Assembly (NCBI RefSeq): GCF_000372725.1
Contig: NW_005201154.1
Coordinates: 271,904-335,903, forward strand
Reading direction: 5' to 3'
DNA: 64,000 nt
Origin: Emiliania huxleyi CCMP1516
Taxonomy: Eukaryota
Part shown: piece after piece, positions 54,858 to 64,000 of the stretch
How the letters are laid out: each line of letters begins with the position of its first letter
How positions within the stretch are numbered: the first letter of the stretch is position 1
The notes under the pieces: generated by a model
Told to the model about the DNA's origin: nothing
Database searches by the model: none
The model's input: only the letters and a program-made list of their open reading frames with translations
Program-made: the position numbers and the translations under genes

Positions 54858-56147
54858 AATAAATAAATAAAACGGACACCTCTACTAGGAGATGGGTAAA
54901 AAGGAACAGGTCCCCGCCCTGCGGTCTTTGTGCAGGGTTCTTTGTGGGTGTGGTCGGCGGCTAGCCGGGGTCGTCCTCCCGATGGGGGACTAGCACTAGC
55001 CGTCTTCCACATGGTCCCTCGGGTCCCTGCTGCTCCTAATCTCTTCGTACATCCTCCTGCTGATCTCCGCAACGTCCTGCTCCCTCCCTCGTCTCGCCCT
55101 GCGCGACTGCTCCGCCTCACCGTCGTCCGCCCTGCGTCGTCTGGTGACGGGTCCTCCATAGTCGGTTGAGGTCGCCGCCCTCCTCGTGCCTCTTCCCAAC
55201 GTTCCCTCGGCGGTCGATGCCGTCTGGTCCGCCTCCGCCGTCCCCGGGTCTGCCCTGCCCTCGTCTGCACTAGCTTCTGTTTCGTCATCACTGGCGCCTC
55301 TCCTCTTCTTTCTCCTCTTCTTGTATGCTTTGTACATCGCGTCGATTCCTTTTCGCGTGAGCACCATCCTGAAGCTCGCCCAGCAGCGGAACCGCTCCCT
55401 AAGTCGAAGGAGCATCATCAGTCTCACCCACTTCGCTCTCTGCCCACCGTCTCCGCTCCCTCCCGCTTGAGCCGCCGTCGCGGCCCTCGTTCGTCCCACT
55501 GGCTGTTGGCCTGTCTGCACGTTGCCTCCGTTATCCCTCCTCCTCCGCGACTCCCTCAAGGCCGGGCGGGCCTCCTTCCACCCAGCGAAGAGCTTCCTCA
55601 GCCACTCGATGTGTTCCTCTCTCTTCATTATGCGCGCCGTTGCTTCGTCATTGAGCTGTATCCACCTCTGCACCGCTCCCGTCGCCGCCTCGGCCACGAC
55701 TTGCAAGTTCCTCGTGACCCCGGTGCCAAGGTCCCTTCGGCTCTTCTCCGAGAGGTCATCTACCAGTGCTGGCAACACCCCCCCGACTGCGGGGGCCAGT
55801 GTATCGTACCCGTCCTCGTCCAGCACCCTGTAGCGTGAGCCCTTCAGCGCAGCGACATGCGCCATCCTCAGCGTCTTCAGCGTCTCCTTGGAGTCGGGTG
55901 CCGCCTGTGCCACTTTGCTGATCGCCGTCCCTGTCTGCGCTCGCGCTACTCTGAGGAACCATCTGGCCTGCTCCCTATTCCCCAGGCAGGCGCCGCTAAG
56001 CACGTGCGCCATTGTCGCTCTAGGCGGGTTCTCATCTTCCTCGGTCCATTGCTGCGCGGCTTTCCGCACGATCGGACACAGCGGGTCCCGCTTTAGTGCT
56101 GCCCTCCTCGCCGCGTCCCTCGCGGCCTTACAGACGAGGCAGCCCCT
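54858..56147 (-). mobile_element. 5'-truncated LINE (1.3 kb) with ORF C-terminus and 13 bp TSD
   Basis: (TTTA)n tail. gacgggaaaggga at 54845-54857 versus gacgggaaaagga at 56148-56160. Frame open to the 5' break, encoding CLVC...ATMAHVLSGAC (CCHC-knuckle-like). Confidence 0.85.
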
Positions 56148-56709
56148 GACGGGAAAAGGATGAAAACGCGCTCACATTCTTTTATCGGGGCGGGCCTGCG
56201 GGCCTCCCCGGCCCTGGATGTGAGGTTAATGACTGCACTCCAAGTGCTCCAAGTGCTCCCTCATGGCTCATGCCCAAGTAGCCGCGCTCTGCCAGACTTT
56301 CCGACGCCACGGCCCACGGCGCGGCCCCCTCCCCCGCGCGCAGCTTTTTCTTTTTCGATTTCGTTCGGCCCGTCCGAGAAAAAAATTGCTTTTTGGGGTT
56401 ATGTTCGTGCTGCAGGGGGGAGAGCTACCACACACACGCTCTCCCGGAGCCGCACGGCGCTCCACACCGCCTCTAACTCTATCTCGTCCATCGCACGTGC
56501 CACTGACGTGCCACAGTCCGGTGTCAGTCCGGTGTGCAACAACGGCCCTCTCTCGGCGCCTCGCGGGCAGGCGCAGAGGGCGGAGCTGCCGCCCTCACGC
56601 GGCGCGGCGAGGGGCGGCGCCGAGGCTGGAGAGCCGCAAAGGCAGCGGGGCAGCACCGGCGCTTCTCTCCCTCTCGCCCTGAGCGGGCAGGCCTCATAGG
56701 CACCGCGTC

Positions 56710-59679
56710 TCAGCCTATGCGGATGTCAGACGGCCCGGCGGGCGGCAAGAGCTGCTCGAGCCCAGCTGCGAGCTCCGCGTCGAGGGTGGGCGGGAAGTCG
56801 ACCTGCGGGCCGCGAGGGCGAGGGGGCGGTCGAGGGCCCGGGCGGCTAGTTGGTCCAGTGGCGTGGGAGGAGGTTCGGCAACGGCTCGGGGGGGGGGCAG
56901 CGTGGAGGAGGGCTTGGAGGCAGATGGGAGGAGGCAGAGGAGGCAGATGGGAGGAGGGAGAGGAGGCAGATGGGAGGAGGGAGGGGGGAGAAGGGGGGGG
57001 GGGGGGGGGGCCGGGAACCCCCCCCGAAGGGGAAAACCAAATCTCCCAAATCCGAAAAAAACCCCGGGTTGGGGACCCCCCCCCCCTTGAACCTGAAGCT
57101 CTGCCTGTTCCCCACTAAAGGGGTGAGGGGGGGCTTTTTACGGCCTCCGGGCCCAAAAAAACCCCCTTTTCCCCGGGTTGGTCACCCCCCTCCTCTTGGT
57201 GGGGACCTGTTCCCCCCTAAAGGGGTGAAAAAAACCTTTTTACAGCCTCTGGACCCCCCTCCTTTTGGGGGGGACCCTGGGGCCCTCCAGGTGCGTGAAA
57301 GAGGTTTTTAAACCGAAAAACGCCTATTTTTGGGGCCTTTTGGGGCCTTTCGGGGCCTTTTGGGGCCTCTCGAGGTCTCCAAACCCAAAAACCCCCCCCG
57401 GAGGGGGATCCCCCTCTTCTTTGAAAGCGTTTCTCGGCTGCGCTTGAAGAACTTGTGCGCCACCTGGAGGGGAGGGGGAGAGCCGGAGATGCGACAAGAG
57501 GGCGCGACTGCGCGCAGGAACGAGCACGGCGCACCGCCACACCCTCGGCCACATCTGGGCCACATCTGGGCCACATCTAGGCTGTATCTGGGCTGTATCT
57601 GGGCTGTATCTGGGCTGTATCTGGGCTGTATCTGGGCCACATCTCGGCAGTCTCTCCCCATCGGCTTCAGCTTGAAGACGACGTCGCCCGGTATCTGCCC
57701 ATCTCTCCCCATCTCTCCCCATATCTCCCCATCTCTCCCCACCGGCTTCAGCTTGAAGACGACGTCGCCCGGTATCTCCCCATATCTCCCCATATCTCCC
57801 CATATCTCCCCACCGGCTTCAGCTTGAAGACGACGTCGCCCGGTATCTGGCCGGGCTTCTGCTCGGACTCGTACTTGAAGGTGATCTGCTCCGAGTCGGG
57901 CATCCCCTTCTCTATCGTCGCCTGGCAAGTGGCGGGAGAGAATGGCACGGAGGTGAGCGGGCATGGTCCGGCACCCCCCCCCCCCCCCCCACCCCCTTTT
58001 TTTTCTCGTCCGCCTTGAGCGACTTCTCCTCGCGCTTGCACTTCTCCTTCGACTCCACCATCACCTGCGCAGGACGTGTCGCGGACGTGTCGCGGGCGTG
58101 TCGCGGGCGTGTCGCGGACGTGTCCACTCGGCGATCGCCTCCTGCTGCACGACCATGCCCGGCCATCTCTCGGCCGCATCTCGATCTCTCGGCCTTCTCT
58201 CGGCTCTCTCTCGGCTCTACTCGACCCTCACCTCCTGCTGCACTATCATGCCCGGCCCCGCACGCCGGTGGACCATCTTCTTCTCCTTTGGACAGGCGCC
58301 GCACCCTTGGCAGCGCGGCACGTTCGGCTTCTTTTTGCAGTTTCGGCAGACGATCCGCCGCTTGATGGTGGCTGACTTTTCGTTGCCCATGTACCTGCCG
58401 CCCGGGGGGGGGGGGGGGGGGGCGGGGGGGGCAACAACCTCAAAACGTCCCTCACGGCAGGACTACTTTTGGGCTTGGGCAAAGGAGGGGGTGAGGGGGC
58501 AGCAATATGCGAGCGGCAGGCCACCGCGGGCCTCAGCCTAGCTGCAGAGGGCCGCTCCCCTTTCTCGGGCGCCCTCTCGGCCGCCTCTCTCGGCCGCATC
58601 TCTCGGCTCCCTCTCGGGTCCCTCTCGGGTCCCTCTCGGCTCCCTCTCGGGCGCATCTCTCGGGTCCCTCTCGGGTCCCTCTCGGCTCCCTCTCGGCTCC
58701 CTCTCGGCCGCATCTCTCGGCTCCCTCTCGGCTCCCTCTCGGCTCCCTCTCGGCTCCCTCTCGGCTCCCTCTCGGCTCCCTCTCGCGCACAAGTCCTCCA
58801 GCGTCACCGGCAAGTCAATCTCGGTGTTTCGGCCACGGTTCGACTGCTCCCTCCCGCCGCCGCCCCCGAAGAACATGTCGAAGGGCGAGCCGCCCCCCTC
58901 CTGCTCCTGCGCCCCCTTGCGCGCGGCGCCGATGCCGCCAAAGTCGTACAGCACGCGCCTCTCCTTGTCAGCCAAGATCTCATACGCCTCGGTCACCTGC
59001 GGCAAGGCCGACCGGACCGTGGCTCAGAGAGGCTCAGAGGCTCAGTGCAGAGAATCTCGGTCACCGGCGGGAGCGCGGCGCCGCGGGTCGAGGAGCGCCG
59101 CGGGGGGGCGCAGGTGCGGTGAGACTGGCGGCGGCGGCAGCGGCGATGGCGGCAGCGGTGGCAGCGGCGGCGGCGGCGGCAGCGGCGGCGGCAGCGGCGG
59201 CAGCGGCGGCAGCTGGCAGCGGGTGGGCAGGCATCGCCAGAGAGGTGTGCGATGCGCGGCGGCGGGGCGGCTGACAGGGTGGTAGCGGCGCGCGGCGGCG
59301 CCGCCGCTGGCGGCCACGCTATCGGGAGCGGCGGTGCGGCCCACACCTCGCGGAAGCGGCCCAGTGTCGAGCCGTCGGGATTCTTGTCCGGGTGGAGCTG
59401 GACAGAGAGCTTGCGGTAGGCGCTCTTGATCTCGCGGTCGGTCGCCTCGGGCTGGATGCCCAGCCGCTCGTACAGGTCCACCTCCTCCTCCTCCTCTTCC
59501 TGCGGGAGCTCCTCGTACCCGCCTCGGCCGCCGCCGCCGTGGTGGCCGCCGCCACCGCCGCCGCCAAATGCGCCACCCATCAGGTCCTCGAGATTGATGC
59601 CACCCTGCTGGAACTGGAAGAACTGCGCGCTCGCGCCGCCGCACAGCGCGAGCAGCAGCAGCAGCGCAGGCCCGGACAT
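56710..59679 (-). CDS. ER-type Hsp40 (ERdj3/DNAJB11-like), multi-exon; 56985-57420 is poor-quality sequence
   Basis: Signal peptide; J-domain with HPDKNP; PFDMFFGGG; VTLEDL|YMG; CRNC/CQGC; IEKGM; PGDVVFKL; final exon VDFPPTL. Confidence 0.88.
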
Positions 59680-60052
59680 CGAAGCCTATGACTCAGCCAC
59701 CTTCCGTGTAGTGATTTGTTTTTTTCTGAGCAAGGCTTCGATGTCATGAAACAACGCAAGGCGGACACACACATGGCACATCGCTGCTCTCAGGCCCACA
59801 GATTTTTTTACGTTCACAAAACACAGACCGAAGCAACAGCGGCAAAAGCGAAAAGGAAGAATTCCCAGGATTATTTCTTTTTCCGGAGTCGCTCTCGTGT
59901 CTCGAGGGACGAGGCTCCCGCAATGTATTTTGTGTGCCAGTGCGCGCCAGCCCCGTGCCCAGTGTTGTGCGAAGAAGAAAAGGGAAAGGGTCAGACAAAA
60001 AACGAAGCAGGACACGTAACACGCTCGTAAACCAACTCCAGAACCGTCGCAG

Positions 60053-61965
60053 TCATCGCACCACCACCCTAGGCAGCACAAATTCGCGCCAGAGGTCCAC
60101 CAGCCCCGGCGCCGCCCCCTCACCCTGCTCAAACCGCTCCTCGTCCCAAGCGATCAAATAGCCCAGCCGCATCACCTCGACCGCCCACCTGCGAGCCGCC
60201 TCCGGGAAGAGCTCGTGCGACTGCGGCGACCACTCCGCCGCCTTGAGGATGAGCCTGCCAACCTCCACCGCCTCGGTCGCTGGCTCCAGGTTGGCCGGCC
60301 TGGGGGAAGGCAGAGGCGAGGAGTGTTCAAAGAGAACATCCGGCGAGTGGGGGGAGAGACCATTGCACAGCGTGCCTCAGTGCGAGTGCCTTGGCCTCGC
60401 CCGCCACGCGCACGCCGAAGCGGCCCGTCGAAGCGCTCGCGGAGACAACGACACCGACCTTGCCATTCATCGACGGCCGCGAGACGAGAGAGCGGATCTC
60501 GACTGTGGAACCGACGGCCGCAGCGGTCGGATCCGACTCGCTCCACGAGCAGAGGACGCGCGCCCGCTCGAGGGCCGAAGGCTCGCCGGCTGAAGAGTCC
60601 GCGCCGCCGCGCAGCAGCGCCCGCGCCCGCTCTACGGTGAGCGCCTGCGAAAGAGAACAATGCGCGTGAGGACAATGCTCTCACGCGTCTTCAGCCGCTA
60701 GTCTCGGGGCACGCCTCGAGGTGCTGGAGCGGCGTCCAGCCGCGGCTGGCGACCAGCCAGGCGGCGAGGTCGGCGTGGCCGCGGCGGTTTGCGACCTCCC
60801 CGGGCGTGCCAAAGGGCGTTGCGGCGCGGGAGGCGCCGTAGGAGGAGAGGAGCTTGGCGACCTCGAGGTGGCCGTAGTGGCACGCGGCGAACAGCGGCGT
60901 GGCGCCGTCATCCTTGGCTTGGTTGGGCGCAGCACCAGCCTCGAGGAGCAGCCGGACCGTCTCGAGGTGGCCGTCCTGGCACGCAATGAACAGCGGTGTG
61001 GCGCCCTGCTCATTGGCTTGGTCGATCGCTGCGCCGGCCTCGAGGAGCAGCCGGGCGACCTCGGTCTGGCCGAACTCGCTCGCGATGAACAGCGGCGGAG
61101 TACCATCGTTCAACGCTTGGTGGATGTCAGAGCCAGCGTCGCGTAGTTGCCGGGCGCACTCGAGGTGGCCCTTCTGGCACGCGATGAGCAGCGGCGTGGC
61201 GCCGTCATCAGCAGCTTGGTCTACCGCCGCGCCAGCCTCGATGAGCAGCCGAACGATATCGAGGTGGCCCTTCTGGCACGCCATGAACAGCGGCGTGGCA
61301 CCGTCATCGGCTTGGTTGACCGACGCGCCAGCCTCGAGGAGCAGTCGGATACACTCGGGCTGGCCCTCCTGGCACGCGATGAACAGCGGCGTGGAGCCAC
61401 CATTCGCGGCTTGATTGACCGCCGCGCCCGCCTCAAGGAGCTGCCGAGCGCACTCAAGGTGGCCCTCCTGGCACGCGACGTACAGCGGCGTGCGGCATTC
61501 AGAATCTGCTTGGTTCACCGCCGCGCCAGCCTCGAGGAGCAGCCGGACGCACTCAAGGCGCCCCTGCTCGCACGCGACGTACAGCGGAGTGAAGCCGCCA
61601 TGCTCAGCTTGGTTGGCCGCAGCGCCGGCGGAGAGGAGCAGTCGGGCGCACTCGAGGCATCCCTTCCAGCACGCAAGGAGGAGAGCGGAAGCGCCGCCGC
61701 CAGTGGTCGTCCCAACACTCGCGCCGGCTTCGAGCAGCAGCCGCGCCGCTTCGGCCCGTCCGTGCTTAGCGGCCCAGGTGAGCAGTGTGTCCTGCCCCTG
61801 TGTCTCGAGCCGCGCGTCGAGCAGGGCCGCGAGCGACGTGCCGCCGCGAGTCCGCTGCCCGGAGAGGAAGGCGTGCAGCGAGGCCAGGTCGTTGCCCTGA
61901 GCCATGTCGACGAGCAGAGCTGGGCTGGCGCCGCTCATGCCGCCGCGATTCCTGGCGCCTGCCAT
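60053..61965 (-). CDS. Ankyrin-repeat protein (~10 repeats) with an extra C-terminal region
   Basis: Repeated GATPLFIACQ.GH.E.VRLLLEAGA. Then WTPLQHLE|ALTVERARALLRGG, VEIRSLVSRPSMNGKVGVV and WSPQSHELFP. Confidence 0.88.
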
Positions 61966-63452
61966 ACACACACACACACATATCAATCGCCGATACGGGT
62001 TTCTCTCGGCGTTCGCCTTTCGCCCTGCTGCAGCATCCGTTCCCATCTCTGGCTGCCGTTCGCCGAGCGCCTCCTCAAAGCATGCGAGAATCTCGTCGCT
62101 CTGAAGGTCACCCTCGAGCACGTCGTCGGCAGCGCGGATGCTCGCCCGGCCGGTCGGCCCTCGATACCTCGCAGTGGCGGCCGCCTCTGACAGCGGCGGC
62201 AGCCTCCCAAGCTGGCCACGCATCATGCTGCGCTTCGCGGCAATCGCGTAACGGGAGGCTCGCTGGGTTTTTGTGGCTTTTTGGACGGCTTTTTTGGGTT
62301 CTCCCGCCCTCCAACCCCTCTCTTGGGTTTTTTTTTCGCCGGAATTCTTTTGACCGCGCAAGATAAAAGGGTGGCTAAGGGCTCTGCCCGCAAGGCGCCC
62401 GCGTCGCAGACGCGGTACCATTGACAAATCTGCGATATACCCCCACACGAGCAAATAGCAAAATCCGAATACCGTGCACGAATCCGGCGATGTGGGACCC
62501 AAGCCTTCAGCTGGTGCCAAGACGTAAAGTTGAAAGCAGAACGTCCGCCAAATCCGTGCTTTCGGAGCAACTGAGGGAAAGCTCCTGATCGAGCCCAGCG
62601 TGCCCGCGGCCGCCTCCCGCGCAGCACCGCCGCTGCGGAATCGGATCGAGCCCATGGAGGAGGAGGGCGCAGTCGGCCAGCGCAGCAGGCGGAGTCCCTC
62701 CCCGCGCCGGAGCCCCCCTGCAGTCGAGGGAGTCCTCGTTGGCGATGAAGGTGGCGACATCGAATCGCGGCCGACACACGTCACGGGAGGAATGGGCGAT
62801 GAGCGGGAACGATGCGCGCTACGACGCCGACTCCGCCGTGCTCGTGGCCGCAGAAAGCCGCGCTCCAGGAGCACGCCAAGATGCAATGGCTCGCTTGCTT
62901 CGATTCAGCTCTCTCGGCAGCAGAAGTGGGGCTGGAGCGGGTGGGGGTGGATGCCGATTGAGGGGGAGCGTCTCCAGCTGCGCCCTGTGGCAGCTGCGCC
63001 CTGTGGCAGCTAGTCGAGGGACTTGGTAGTTGTGACCCCCCTGAGTGAGGACAGGAGAGAGAGAGCGTTTTGTGGTGTTGGTGTACGCAATAACGGGACA
63101 GGGTGGTTGTTCTCTATATCTCCTCTTCTAGCTCTTAGCATGAGCTGCGCCCGGTGTCCGACCCCTTTTGCGCAGCGACACCTTAAACTTTTAGGCCCTC
63201 CAAATTCGGGTCGGAGCGTAGCGGAGTGGGCCCCGAGTTTGAAAAGGGCGACGGACGCTTGCGTCCTAGCCTCCAACAACGCCTCCCCGGCGCAGAGGGG
63301 CCCCCGGAGGGATGCACAACCGCTCCACGCCACGCCGCTTGCGGCGGTCCTCTTCCCAGCTCCGCTGAGCGCCCGTGCGTTATTTACTGCCTATTCCTTC
63401 GCCGCTTGCCTGGCTGCTCATCTCTTCTCCTCCTCTTCAGCCCGCCGCGCCG

Positions 63453-63911
63453 ATGGCGCTCAACATCAGCACCGAGCTCGGCGTGATCCGGCTGCGGCTC
63501 CGGCCCGACGCCGCGCCCGAGACGGCCTCGTACATCTCGCGGGCCGCCGCCGCGGGTGCATACGATGGCACCAGCTTCTACCGCAGCGACTTTGTGATCC
63601 AGTGCGGCCTCCACGGCTCGGGCAAGCCCAACCCGCTCGGCGTCGACCTCAAGGTCAACGAGACGGCTCTGCACCAGCGCGTGAGCAACGCGCGCGGCAC
63701 CGCCGCCGTGGCACACTGGGACGTGCCAGACTGCGGCAACACCGAGTTCTTCATCAACCTCGGCGCCAACTCGCACCTCGACGCGGCCTACGGCGGCTAC
63801 TGCGTCTTTGCCTGCGTCGAGGACGACGCCTCGTTCGCGGTCGTCGATCAGATCGCTGAGGCAGTGAAGCAGCGCAGCAAGGTCGCCATCCAGTCGATCA
63901 CCGTGAGCTAG
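63453..63911 (+). CDS. Cyclophilin-type peptidyl-prolyl isomerase
   Basis: TELGVIRLRL..DAAPETA, YDGTSFYR..FVIQCG, NARGTAAVA, EFFINLGANSHLD, YCVFA. Confidence 0.9.
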   Translation: MALNISTELGVIRLRLRPDAAPETASYISRAAAAGAYDGTSFYRSDFVIQCGLHGSGKPNPLGVDLKVNETALHQRVSNARGTAAVAHWDVPDCGNTEFFINLGANSHLDAAYGGYCVFACVEDDASFAVVDQIAEAVKQRSKVAIQSITVS

Positions 63912-64000
63912 CTAGCGGCTGCAGGGGTGTGGGAGTCGGCCGGCGTGTTTGACTTAAGGGTTGGCGCCGCTGCGGATCGGAATCGGGGACGGCAGATCGC

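Noticed and set aside
56985..57420. Homopolymer-rich stretch interrupting the DnaJ gene
   Set aside because: It looks like low-quality read-end sequence, not biology.
61966..62886. Upstream extension of the 731 aa ankyrin ORF
   Set aside because: It runs through (CA)n and AT-rich non-coding-looking sequence from a non-ATG start; probably a chance open frame.

Overview
GC-rich, intron-containing eukaryotic genomic DNA with two assembly gaps (374-484, 20743-21663). Short introns full of 10-11 bp tandem repeats and frequent GC donors suggest a haptophyte alga such as Emiliania/Gephyrocapsa huxleyi (inference). Supported genes: a Pro-rich surface protein, an LRR protein, a small Cys/Pro-rich secreted protein, an iodothyronine-deiodinase-like selenoprotein (in-frame TGA plus a SECIS), a SulP-STAS-cNMP transporter, a GT8 glycosyltransferase, a gamma-butyrobetaine/TauD-type dioxygenase, an MBD-like/Myb protein, a dynamin-like GTPase, an alpha/beta-hydrolase-fold protein, three disrupted F-box-RCC1 paralogs, an ABCG transporter, an EamA transporter, an MGH1/GH63-like glycosidase, an F-box-LRR protein, a truncated alcohol dehydrogenase, two ankyrin proteins, a DSP-fold protein, an ERdj3-like DnaJ and a cyclophilin. 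The most striking signal is intron architecture. Many introns begin with a 9-30 nt copy of the start of the next exon, so the donor (GT, GC or GA) comes from duplicated exon sequence. Several end in a shared ~39-41 bp CTG...[C/T]AG cassette that supplies the acceptor in either orientation. Two sites carry stacked units with a zero-length exon. This looks like an introner-type intron-generating system. Also present are 5'-truncated (TTTA)n-tailed LINE copies with target-site duplications, genes bracketed by inverted repeats, and several dispersed repeat families. All splice models were read by hand and have no transcript support.
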